DNA from: Calditrichia bacterium
Lineage (GTDB): Bacteria; Calditrichota; Calditrichia; JAJRVZ01
Assembly: GCA_963777955.1 (NCBI GenBank)
Contig: CAVZSQ010000021.1
Span: 64,001-128,000, forward strand
Direction: 5' to 3'
Length of the DNA stretch: 64,000 nt
Made by a program: the position numbers and the translations under genes. Every line of letters begins with the position of its first letter. Position 1 is the stretch's first letter. Positions 21,833 through 31,569 of the stretch are shown piece by piece. Under the pieces are notes generated by a model. That model saw nothing but the letters and a program-made list of their open reading frames with translations, searched no databases and was not told the DNA's origin.

Positions 21833-22786
21833 ATGAGTAAAATCCTGGTATTTGCCGAACAACGTAATGGAGAAGTTAAAAAGATTGCTTATGAAAATAT
21901 AACCCTGGCCAGAAAATTAGCTGCAGCCAGGGGTGTCGATTTTGTCAGCCTGCTGATCGGCTGGAATATAGCTGCCTTGCCTGCCCAACTGTCTAAATAC
22001 GGTGCAGAAAAAATAGTTCTGTATCAGGATGAAGCGCTGGCCCGGTACAATCCTGAAGGTTATGCGCGTATACTGGCTGCTGTGGCCGAAGAACAACAGG
22101 CCGATATGATTATCCTGGGTGCCACAGCGATGGGCAAAGATCTGGCACCGCGGTTGGCGGCACGATTAAACGGCGCTATGGCCAGTGATTGTATTGCCGT
22201 CGACTGGGAACGCGGTGATTTTAAGATCATCAGGCCCATGTACGCCGGCAAAGCACAGGCTACTGTTCAAATAAAATCGAAGATTAAGATTGTGACCATC
22301 CGGTCAAAAATATATTTAGCGGAAGAACATCCCTGCGCACCAGAAATCATCGAAAAAACCGCGGCGGCCGTTGAATCAAAATCCAGGGTTCTGGAGATCA
22401 TCAGCAATGCTAAGAATACATTGGATGTGACCGAAGCAGATATAATCGTTTCCGGGGGACGGGGTCTCAAAGGTCCGGAGAATTTTCATCTGCTTACCAC
22501 TCTGGCTGAAAAATTAGGAGCAGCCCAGGGTGCTTCCCGTGCGGTAGTGGATGCCGGCTGGCGGCCTTATGCCGAACAGGTGGGACAGACCGGTAAAACC
22601 GTATCACCCACTCTGTACATTGCCGTGGGGATCTCCGGGGCAATACAACATTTAGCCGGTATGTCGTCATCCAAATATATAGTTGCCATCAATAACGATC
22701 CGGAAGCGCCTATTTTCAAAATAGCCGATTATGGTATAATCGGTGATGCCTTGGAAGTACTGCCAAAATTAATTGAGTCAGTATAG
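21833..22786 (+). CDS. etfA: Electron transfer flavoprotein alpha subunit
   Basis: [31 protein letters not shown]. Confidence 0.93.
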   Translation: MSKILVFAEQRNGEVKKIAYENITLARKLAAARGVDFVSLLIGWNIAALPAQLSKYGAEKIVLYQDEALARYNPEGYARILAAVAEEQQADMIILGATAMGKDLAPRLAARLNGAMASDCIAVDWERGDFKIIRPMYAGKAQATVQIKSKIKIVTIRSKIYLAEEHPCAPEIIEKTAAAVESKSRVLEIISNAKNTLDVTEADIIVSGGRGLKGPENFHLLTTLAEKLGAAQGASRAVVDAGWRPYAEQVGQTGKTVSPTLYIAVGISGAIQHLAGMSSSKYIVAINNDPEAPIFKIADYGIIGDALEVLPKLIESV

Positions 22787-22829
22787 ATTTTTTGATTATA
22801 CGGGTGGCTGAGCGGGTCTCTTATCTTCA

Positions 22830-23901
22830 CTATCTTTTCTTTTTGTGTTTCATCACGGATTTTACCATACGTCCGAATTGTCTGTCTTTGCGTCGTTTTT
22901 CGACATAGGACATTTCATGATATTCTGATTCTTTTTTCAATTTCAGGTAATTACGGTAGCGGTCTTCATCCAGTTCATTCCTGCTCAATTGCCGCCAGGA
23001 CAGCGCAGCCGGTTTCACTGGTATGGGTACAATCGTTGAATTTGCAACCCTCCGCTAACAGCCCGATATCCGCAAAAGTATCATCGATGCTGTTGCTGAC
23101 CGCCAGCATACCCAATTCCCGCAACCCCGGTGTATCAACCAGCAGTGCGCCGTTATCCATGACAATCAGCTGGCGCCGGGCCGTAGTGTGAGTGCCCCTG
23201 CCGTCTTTGCTGCGCACCGGGTTCGTCTCAAATAACTCTTGGCCGATGAGTTTATTAAGCAAAGTGGTTTTCCCCACACCCGACGAACCCAGCAGGCAAA
23301 ATGTTTTACCCGGTTCCAGCATTTGCTGGACAACCGTCAGACCGGCAGCCGTAATGTTGCTGAAAGCAACAACCTCTGCTTCAATATGCGAATTCTGAAT
23401 TTCGTGAATACGCTGATCCAGCTCAGCAGCACTAATCAGATCACTCTTACTGAGCAGAATTACAGGTTTAATATGACCCTCCTGAACCATGACCAGGTAT
23501 CGTTCCAGGCGGCGCAGGTTAAAATCAACATCACATGACTGGATGATCAGAGCAATATCAATATTCGCGGCGATCATTTGATAATCGATTTTCTTGCCGG
23601 GTGTTTTCCGGCGCAGGAATGTTTTTCTGGGCAGCAGATCCTGAATAATAGCCAGGGTGCCATCGTTATGATAATCCACCATCACCCAGTCGCCGGCACA
23701 GGGTACGTCTCCGCCGCCGCTGGACTCCAGCGTGAATAATAGTTTCCCCGTAAGCTCAGCCTGAATTTCATCCCGTTCATTGCGGACTAAATAGCGGCCG
23801 CGATCGACGCGGGTCACCCGGGCAACCGGGCTGGCGGAGTTATTCGACTCCAGCAGTTTTTGCCGGAACCAATCATCAAAGCCTAGTTCAATCAATCTCA
23901 T
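22830..23901 (-). CDS. rsgA: Ribosome small subunit-dependent GTPase A; apparent +1 insertion ~22981
   Basis: Circularly permuted GTPase (SKSD, GSSGVGKT, HTT, DTPG), Zn motif CKFNDCTH..GC; C-terminal DRYRNYLKL in shifted frame. Confidence 0.9.
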
Positions 23902-24061
23902 TTACCAATTCCTGTTTTGATAAGGCCATGTTAACTTACTTTAAAATGCTGGTAGTTTACAAATTAAAACCATATTTCAATAATATTTTTTGCCATTCTT
24001 CAGTAAATGATATTTTTCGATGATGCTCATCCTGCTGATCACTATTTACTCGTATCAATAG

Positions 24062-24075
24062 ATGAACATGTTCAT
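24062..24075. promoter_or_regulatory. 14-bp perfect palindrome ATGAACATGTTCAT, candidate operator
   Basis: Read directly in the intergenic region upstream of rsgA. Confidence 0.3.
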
Positions 24076-24115
24076 TTTGAATGGACGAGACCAAAAATAA
24101 TATATGCAGGTGATA

Positions 24116-25043
24116 TTAGAATTCCCAGCAGGCCATATTCGCCAGTACATTAACCACGAAACCCATACGTTTATAATCCAATAATCCCGATTTATCATTT
24201 ATGGTATGATAATTTTTATTCCGGTAAAAAGCGGTATTGGTGATCATAAACGCATCAAAACCATAATGCCAAAAATTCAGATGATCACTGAAATCAACAC
24301 CGGTTACAAATGATGGCGCTGTCAGTTGGGCACAATGAATTTCATTCAGTGCTTCGGCGTGCTGTTGATATTCATCGGCCAAATCAGTAGGAAGCAAAAT
24401 TTGAAACAGCTGCAATAAAATCAGCCCGGGCCGGATAAAATAATTTGAAAATTAAAGACGGGTAAGCCTGTACTTTCTGTTCGCTAAAATATCCTATCAT
24501 TTCCAGGCAGGCCATGCCTCGGACATTTTGTTTAGACTGCTTGATAAATTCCGCGAATTTATAACTGCCCATGTCTGCAGTCCTGAAATAAGGCGGTTCT
24601 TCCAAGGTGAATGCAACAAATAACAGAGTGTAATAAGGCTTCCTGCTATCGGCTATAATTCTGGCTGTTTCGATCAGACCGGCAATTCCTGAGGCATTAT
24701 CATCCGCTCCCGGTAAGTCTTCATAAGTATCATAATGTGCGCCCAAAATAAAAAGCTCATCACATTCACCGTCTATTTGACAATAAATATTTTTATATTC
24801 GCGATTTTCAACAGTATAGGATTGAACTGAACAAGTTAATCCGATTTCAGCAAATTTTTGCTGAATGTATTCTGCAGATCGAGTTAGCGCTTCTGGTTGC
24901 CGATAAGATCTGCCACCAATTGTATCGGCCAGGAATCTGACCGTTTGCTCCAGACGAAGCGGATCTGCAGGGTGATTGATCAACCTGGTTCTTGACCCGC
25001 AGGAACATATTATAATGATAAAAATAACCAATACGAATTTCAT
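24116..25043 (-). CDS. M28-family metallopeptidase lipoprotein; apparent +1 insertion ~24388
   Basis: Lipobox CSC, GAHYD, GADDNASG, LEEPP, LEMIG; SDH..F and YHT..D in shifted frame. Confidence 0.85.
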
Positions 25044-25336
25044 TTACTCTTGTTTATCTCTTTCAATTTCATATCCAGCGGAGTCAGATATTTCTTCTTA
25101 TTGTTACAGTCCTTACAACAGGGCACCACGTTACTTTTAGTACTCTTGCCCCCGCGGACTAAAGGAACAATATGATCCATGGTCAATTCAGCAGGTAAAA
25201 ATTTATTTCCGCAATAGTGACATTGACCCTGCGCAATCCGGTTTTTCCACCATTGTGTTTTTTTAAGTTGCGCTGCCTTCTTTTTCTCGCGGGCTATGTG
25301 CGCATTATCTTTTTCGATCGAAATCCATTCAGCCAT
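25040..25336 (-). CDS. Small stand-alone HNH endonuclease-domain protein
   Basis: CHYC...DHIVP..GG....N....CKDCN; 4-nt overlap with the M28 gene. Confidence 0.85.
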   Translation of the reverse strand: MAEWISIEKDNAHIAREKKKAAQLKKTQWWKNRIAQGQCHYCGNKFLPAELTMDHIVPLVRGGKSTKSNVVPCCKDCNNKKKYLTPLDMKLKEINKSK

Positions 25337-25436
25337 GATAATTCATCATATTGTTCCAACTGTTTAAAATACTTTTCCGCCGACCCTGAGGCAAGCAATA
25401 TTTTTAGATATAGACAGGTGACCAATGCTCAGCTGA

Positions 25437-27905
25437 CTATCTGCCGGAAGAATTTAAAACCTGCCGGACTTTTTGACCCAGCGCTTCACTGCTGAATGGT
25501 TTTTGCAGAAAGGCCACATCGGGTTCCAGTACTCCCTGCTGAGTGATGGCTTCATCAGTATAGCCGGATATGAATAAGATTTTTATCTGTGGAAAATATT
25601 TTGCTATTGCCGAGGATAAATCTTTGCAACTCATTCCGGGCATGATTACATCGATAACCGCCAGATCTATTTTGATCTGTAAGTCCTGGCACATTTGCAG
25701 TGCTTTATCACCGCTCTCCGCAGTATATACAGTATAACCGTAATGCTTCAGGAAAGAGCAGGTTAAATCACGGACAGCATTATCATCTTCAACAACTAAA
25801 ATTGTTTCCAGGCCGCACAGTGATATATTTGCTGTCGGTTTGACTTCTCCCGCCTCGGCACTTTGATCATGGACCGGAAAATAGATGCGAAAAGCCGCCC
25901 CCTGTCCGGGGGAACTATCCACCCACACAAAGCCATCGCTTTGTTTTACAATTCCATATAGCGTGGAGAGCCCCAGTCCCGTACCCTTTCCTTTTTCTTT
26001 AGTGGTAAAAAAGGGCTCAAAAATATGAGTAATTAATTCCTGATCCATGCCAATTCCGCTGTCTTTTACCAGCAGCATGACGTATGAACCGGGCTGCTGC
26101 GGTGCATGCCGGCGGGCAAAATATTCATCGATCAGACTATTGCTGGTTTCAATGGTAAGTTTACCCCCGGCCGGCATGGCGTCTCTGGCGTTAACCACCA
26201 GATTCATAATCACCTGCTCCAATTGAGCGGGATCAATTTTAATGTTCCCCAGATCCGGATCCAAATTCGTTACAAAGTGAATATTTTCGCCAATCAACCG
26301 TCGTAACATCAGTTCCAGATCCTTGACAACCGTATTCAGATTGATAATTTTTGGTTTGACAATTTGCTTGCGGCTGAAGGCCAATAATTGCCCGATTAAT
26401 GCCGCGGCCCTGCTGCCCGCTTTTTTTATCTGCTCCAGCTCACTACCACCGCTCCGGACCAGTTCCTGTTGTTGCATCAGTAATTCACAATAGCCATTGA
26501 TGACAGTCAGAATATTATTGAAATCATGCGCAATACCACCCGCTAAGCGGCCCACGGCTTCCATCCTTTGAGCACCTCGCAGTTGCTCCTCTAATTTTTT
26601 CCATTCGGTTATATCAAATAAATATCCGCGTGATTCCACCAGCGTACCCTGTTCATCAAAAAGCCCGCTGATTTTACCAATCGCTCTGGCTATTTCACCG
26701 CTCTGCAGTTGAAACTCGAACTCCCGGCCTGTGGCCGTCTTTTCCCTGTTCAGAAAATCACGATAGCGGAACTCAGGTTCATTCAAAAGTTCAAATATTT
26801 TACTTCGACTGTTTAATACATCTTTAACGGTGTTAAATCCAAAAATTTTTGCAAAAGCCGGATTACAAAATCGAATCTGGCCATCGGCCGCAGCAATATA
26901 ATCGCCGGTTAAATCCTCTTCAAAAAACTGCCGGTATTTATTCTCCGATTCCCGTAGAGCCACTTCCATCTGTTTACGCTGCAGGGCATTGGTGATGATC
27001 TCGCCGATCATGCATAAAAATGATTCCGTATCTTCAGTCCAGATCCGTTCCTGGTGTACTGTGTCCAGTCCGATAGCACCGATCACCATTCCCGCCGAAA
27101 TCATCGGCACCATGATACTGGACCGGGTGTGATCGGTTAATTTATAGGTTTTCAGCGCCTGCATTCCGGCCGGCATGGTATTTACGCTATTAATTTTTAA
27201 AACTTCTCCTTTGAAAAGCACGCTGGCGGCAAAGGGCGAAACATCGCTATCCATATTTTCAAAAGCGGTAAGCGGTTTCACCTGATCGCTGTTCCAGGTA
27301 TGTACCGTACTTATTTTGGACAGATCCTGCGAAAAGTGCAGTATATAACAGCGGTCGGCAACCAGGAATTCTGCCACCGTTTTTAAGGCATTTTGTATCA
27401 CGAAATCCAGCTGGGTATGGTCCGGACGGATGAAGTAGGTTGAAATGGATGATATAACAGCTTCAAATTCAAGACGGTATTGCAACAGGTATTCTTCGTG
27501 CTCGCGGTTGGTAACATCCTGGGCCAGGCATAAAACAATTTTGTCGGCACCGAGATCGATCTGATTACAGTGCAATTCCAGGTATTTAACTTCTCCGGTC
27601 GGAAAGCGATTAGCCAGCACTATAGAATTTTTACCGGCCTGTGCAGCCAGCTTTAACTTGGAAATCAATTCTTCAATAGTCAGGCCGCAGAGTCTTTGAA
27701 TATTATTTTGATTGGCCTCCTGCCGGCTCAGGTTAAAAAATTTTTCGGCTGACTTATTGGCCTTGATAATGTTTCCAGACTTGCTGTTAAAAATCAGCAG
27801 GATGCCATTATATAGTTCAAATATCTCCTGATACAACTTCATCCCGTCAACAGCGGCAGGGTTGTCAAGGGCAGCCGGTTTTATTGTTGATTTTTTCTTA
27901 TTCAT
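25437..27905 (-). CDS. Hybrid sensor histidine kinase (PAS-GAF-PAS-HisKA-HATPase-REC)
   Basis: AGGIAHDFNN, NLVVNARDA, DSGIGM, PFFTTK, GTGLGL; C-terminal REC (VEDD, DVIMP, KPF). Confidence 0.92.
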   Translation of the reverse strand: MNKKKSTIKPAALDNPAAVDGMKLYQEIFELYNGILLIFNSKSGNIIKANKSAEKFFNLSRQEANQNNIQRLCGLTIEELISKLKLAAQAGKNSIVLANRFPTGEVKYLELHCNQIDLGADKIVLCLAQDVTNREHEEYLLQYRLEFEAVISSISTYFIRPDHTQLDFVIQNALKTVAEFLVADRCYILHFSQDLSKISTVHTWNSDQVKPLTAFENMDSDVSPFAASVLFKGEVLKINSVNTMPAGMQALKTYKLTDHTRSSIMVPMISAGMVIGAIGLDTVHQERIWTEDTESFLCMIGEIITNALQRKQMEVALRESENKYRQFFEEDLTGDYIAAADGQIRFCNPAFAKIFGFNTVKDVLNSRSKIFELLNEPEFRYRDFLNREKTATGREFEFQLQSGEIARAIGKISGLFDEQGTLVESRGYLFDITEWKKLEEQLRGAQRMEAVGRLAGGIAHDFNNILTVINGYCELLMQQQELVRSGGSELEQIKKAGSRAAALIGQLLAFSRKQIVKPKIINLNTVVKDLELMLRRLIGENIHFVTNLDPDLGNIKIDPAQLEQVIMNLVVNARDAMPAGGKLTIETSNSLIDEYFARRHAPQQPGSYVMLLVKDSGIGMDQELITHIFEPFFTTKEKGKGTGLGLSTLYGIVKQSDGFVWVDSSPGQGAAFRIYFPVHDQSAEAGEVKPTANISLCGLETILVVEDDNAVRDLTCSFLKHYGYTVYTAESGDKALQMCQDLQIKIDLAVIDVIMPGMSCKDLSSAIAKYFPQIKILFISGYTDEAITQQGVLEPDVAFLQKPFSSEALGQKVRQVLNSSGR

Positions 27906-27906
27906 T

Positions 27907-29610
27907 CTATTCAGCAATAATCTTCGCTAAAGAATCAGCGGATAAAGGTTTGCTAAAGTAAAATCCCTGAATTTCGTCACATTCATGTTTGGCCAGATAT
28001 TCAACCTGGTCGCCGTTTTCGACTCCCTCCGCTATCACTTTTACACCCATCTTGTGGGCCAGTGAAATAATTGATGAAACGATTGAGGCGGTATTCTTGT
28101 TGGTAATAATATCACGGATAAAAGATTGATCTATTTTGATATGATCATGGGGAAAATTCTTAAGATACTGCAGGGAAGAATAACCGGTGCCAAAATCATC
28201 AATGGAGATACCGATTCCCATTTTCCTGATCTGTCCGAGTTTGTTCAGTGTTTCCGGCGAAGAACTGATTAATATGCTTTCAGTCAACTCAAACTCCAGT
28301 TCGGTACCGCGGATCTCTGTCTGCTGCATCATGGTGGAAACTTTGCCGATAAAATCCTGTTCGCGCAATTGCCCACCCGATACATTGATCGCCACCGGGG
28401 GTACAGTAATGCCCCGTTCTTTCCACTCTCTGATCTGCCTGCAAATTGAAGATGTTAACCAATCCCCGATCGGAACAATTAAACCATTCTGCTCGGCCAG
28501 AGGTATAAATTGAGCCGGCGAAACGATACCAAAATTTTCATGCTGCCATCTCAACAGGGCTTCGACACCGACAATTTTTTTATCGGCCAGATTTATCTTC
28601 GGTTGATAATAAATGACGAACTCCTGATTATCCAGTGCCCGGTGTAGTGCATTCTCCAGATGTATCTGGTCAAAGATGTGTTTCTTAATTTTGCTCTCGA
28701 AATACTGAAAATTATTATGCCCCTTATCGATCGCATAATGCAGGGCCAGTTCCGTTTCGGTTATCATCCGGGGAACTTCACAACTATGCAGTTGTTCCAG
28801 TGTGATACCGATACTGGCAGTAAAATGCATTTCCTGTTTATGATAAAGCAGAGGCCGGCGGATATTATTCAATATCTTGCCGGCTAAAATAGTAATCTTC
28901 GCCCGTTTGCTCAGTCCGTTGACCAGGATGGCGAATTCATCCCGGTCAGACCAATAAAGTTGAAAACGGTTTTTACAGATTTCCCGAATACGTTCCAGCA
29001 GCAGACTGATTAAGGAAGCGTACTCCGATTGTCCGATAAGATCGATGACATTGCGGAAGCGGTCAATCTTCACCAGCAGTAATGCTAGCAGTGCATCCTG
29101 GCTGGTTAAATTTTTCAGTTCTGAAACTTGCTGCTCCAGCAAATCAATTTTCGGCAATCCGGTGATCTGATCATAATTTTTAGTCTTCTCCAAATCGGAG
29201 CGCGTACGTGTGATCTCTTCTTCATAATGCTTGGTAATCTTATGATGACGGGTTATCCGGGCTTTCACCGCTGCGGTCAATTCATCAATGATTACCGGCT
29301 TCGATAAATAATCGTCAGCCCCCAGTTTCATGCCCTTTCTTAAATCTTCCATATCAGACCTGGCGGTTAGAAAAATAAAGGGGATGCTGCTGGTTTCCGG
29401 ATCGGCCTGCAGGGTTACCAAAACTTCATGACCGTTTATGCCTGGCATCGTAATATCGCAGATGATCAGATCCGGATGCAATTGCCGGGCTAATTGCAGA
29501 CCGCTTGAACCATCTCCCGCAGAACTAATTTCAAATCCCTGCAGAGTCAGTAATTCGCAGATGGATTCCCGTACGAGTTGTTCGTCTTCGATGATCAATA
29601 TTTTCGCCAT
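27907..29610 (-). CDS. REC-GGDEF(degenerate)-EAL c-di-GMP phosphodiesterase response regulator
   Basis: REC (IEDE, DITMP, KP); GGDEF site reads DRDEF; intact EAL, DDFGTGYSS, KIDQSF, AEGVE, QGFYF. Confidence 0.9.
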   Translation of the reverse strand: MAKILIIEDEQLVRESICELLTLQGFEISSAGDGSSGLQLARQLHPDLIICDITMPGINGHEVLVTLQADPETSSIPFIFLTARSDMEDLRKGMKLGADDYLSKPVIIDELTAAVKARITRHHKITKHYEEEITRTRSDLEKTKNYDQITGLPKIDLLEQQVSELKNLTSQDALLALLLVKIDRFRNVIDLIGQSEYASLISLLLERIREICKNRFQLYWSDRDEFAILVNGLSKRAKITILAGKILNNIRRPLLYHKQEMHFTASIGITLEQLHSCEVPRMITETELALHYAIDKGHNNFQYFESKIKKHIFDQIHLENALHRALDNQEFVIYYQPKINLADKKIVGVEALLRWQHENFGIVSPAQFIPLAEQNGLIVPIGDWLTSSICRQIREWKERGITVPPVAINVSGGQLREQDFIGKVSTMMQQTEIRGTELEFELTESILISSSPETLNKLGQIRKMGIGISIDDFGTGYSSLQYLKNFPHDHIKIDQSFIRDIITNKNTASIVSSIISLAHKMGVKVIAEGVENGDQVEYLAKHECDEIQGFYFSKPLSADSLAKIIAE

Positions 29611-29830
29611 AGATTTTCCGACCGTTACCACGTTACCATGAATATCCCTGATCAAAAACTAAACATTAATCGTTTATTATTAATCCGATAAGCTTATAAT
29701 TATATTCGGCATAAATCAGCGAAACTTAGATTTGTGCTAAAGATTATGCAAGATTCTGTGCAGATTTTTTGTATTTAAATCGGGGTATTTGTATCAATAT
29801 GCAAAAATAGCCTGTATAATAGTGTATAAA

Positions 29831-31030
29831 TTACCAGATCCGGCACACCAATCCCTTAAGGTACGCAGATTCGGGGAAATGCAGGGCTACGGGATGATCA
29901 GCAGATTGGTTCAGGTTTTGCATGATCTGTGCCGATCGTCCTGCGTCCAGTGCCGCATCAGCCACCATTTTTTGGAATAAATCCGGTTGAATTGCTGCGG
30001 AGCAGGAAAAAGTTATCAGAATTCCGGCGGGTTTGATTAAGCGGCAGGCCAGCCAGTTAATATCTTTATAGCCGCGGGCAGCTTTATTTATCTGCCGGCG
30101 GGAATCGGCAAAACGGGGCGGATCCAGTATAATTATATCAAATTTCCGGCTGCTGTCCCGGAAATGACGTAATACCTGAAACACATCCCCGGTTATATTT
30201 TCATTACGGTCCGCTGCGATCCGGTTCAGTTCAAGATTTTTATTCAGCACTTCCAGAATGGTTGCTGAGGATTCAATATTGGTTACCTTCTGCGCTCCGG
30301 CCTGCAAGGCGGCTACGGTAAATCCACCGGTGTAGGAAAAACAATTCAGTATTTCCCGGCCGCCGCAGGCATATTTTTTTATCTGCTGCCTGCTGTTGCT
30401 TTGATCAATATAAAATCCGGTTTTATGTCCATGCTGCAAATCGACCCAGAACAGACTATCGCCTTCCTGCACCTGCACTAAATCAGTCGGAGGTTTTCCG
30501 GCCAGCACACCGCTGTATAAAGGCAGACCTTCTTTCTGTCGTGCTGCATCATCCGAACGTTCATAAATATTATAAGCAGGAAAATATTCCTGCAATATTT
30601 TGACAATTTGCTGTTTATGATATTCCGCACCGGTTGTCAGAAATTGGGCCACCAGGTAATCGGCGTAACGGTCGACGATCAATCCCGGGAGATTATCCGC
30701 TTCAGCGAAAATAAGTCGCTGCAAATTCGTACGGTCAGAACTTTTCAGGGCAGAGCGTGCCTGCAGGGCCCGGGCGATCGTTGAACGGAAAAATGTCTCA
30801 TTGACATTTTCCGACGGCTCGAAGCACCACATGCGGATTCTAATTTGTGAGTGCGGAGAATATGCTCCCAGTCCCAGGCGCTGCTGCTTATTATTTTCCA
30901 CGGCAATAGTAGCACCGGCCGCTGCCGCACCCGTAATCTTTTGTATGGCTCCGGAAAATATCCAGGGGTGCCGCCGTAATAAGGATTTTTCCCTGCCACT
31001 CTTGATAATAGCCACAGGTAAATCGGACAT
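29831..31030 (-). CDS. rlmI: 23S rRNA m5C1962 methyltransferase RlmI (PUA + SAM MTase)
   Basis: RRHPWIFSGA, GHKTGFYIDQ, FSYTGGF, LDPP, FSCS, DHP..YLKG. Confidence 0.9.
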   Translation of the reverse strand: MSDLPVAIIKSGREKSLLRRHPWIFSGAIQKITGAAAAGATIAVENNKQQRLGLGAYSPHSQIRIRMWCFEPSENVNETFFRSTIARALQARSALKSSDRTNLQRLIFAEADNLPGLIVDRYADYLVAQFLTTGAEYHKQQIVKILQEYFPAYNIYERSDDAARQKEGLPLYSGVLAGKPPTDLVQVQEGDSLFWVDLQHGHKTGFYIDQSNSRQQIKKYACGGREILNCFSYTGGFTVAALQAGAQKVTNIESSATILEVLNKNLELNRIAADRNENITGDVFQVLRHFRDSSRKFDIIILDPPRFADSRRQINKAARGYKDINWLACRLIKPAGILITFSCSAAIQPDLFQKMVADAALDAGRSAQIMQNLNQSADHPVALHFPESAYLKGLVCRIW

Positions 31031-31210
31031 AATCGCTTGAATTTTATTTGATCTGTTGATCAGCTGCTACCGTTAACCTGATCAATATATAAAATAAACT
31101 GAATATTTGCCGGAATTCCTTCAAATCGGTATTATTCAGGTGATTCTTACCAGTAAGATTACTAATAATATTCCAATTTTAATATTTTTTTCATCTTTTG
31201 AAGATTTTTA

Positions 31211-31239
31211 TTGATAGCGCATCCTAGATTAATTATATT
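31211..31239 (+). promoter_or_regulatory. sigma70-type promoter upstream of the small ORF / ATP-grasp-KamA operon
   Basis: TTGATA-17 nt-TATATT with an AT-rich upstream region. Confidence 0.55.
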
Positions 31240-31273
31240 TTCACAACTTTTAGCATAAGGAGTGCTGAGCACT

Positions 31274-31435
31274 GTGAAGATTAAGTTTGGTTTGTTCATC
31301 CAACAAGATCTTTCGAAAAATTTCAAGACCTTTTTGAACCCTGGTTCTATCATCAGGAATTATTTTCATTCCTTTCTGATCCTTGATTCACTGTTTAATG
31401 GTGATCAGGGCATTCAAATCAACAAGAGATTATAG
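31274..31435 (+). CDS. Putative 53-aa small ORF (leader or substrate peptide), not in the ORF track
   Basis: TAAGGAG at 31256-31262, GTG start; MKIKFGLFIQQDLSKNFKTFLNPGSIIRNYFHSFLILDSLFNGDQGIQINKRL; just downstream of the promoter. Confidence 0.4.
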   Translation: MKIKFGLFIQQDLSKNFKTFLNPGSIIRNYFHSFLILDSLFNGDQGIQINKRL

Positions 31436-31569
31436 TCCCCTCTCTCTGCACGGGCACACTTTTTCGTTATCCGCTCACAAATTTCATCAGTCCTTTAACG
31501 TGGGTGTTACCCGGCTGCGCAGCAGTACAAATATTTTTTCACATATTATCAAACAAAACAAAAATAAAA

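Noticed and set aside
25040..25336. Mobile element or defence island around the HNH gene
   Set aside because: No transposase, integrase, methylase, terminal repeats or other defence genes are nearby.
31249..31270. CIRCE (HrcA) element: TTAGCAT..GAGTGCTGA
   Set aside because: The half-sites are imperfect and far closer together than the required 9-nt spacer.
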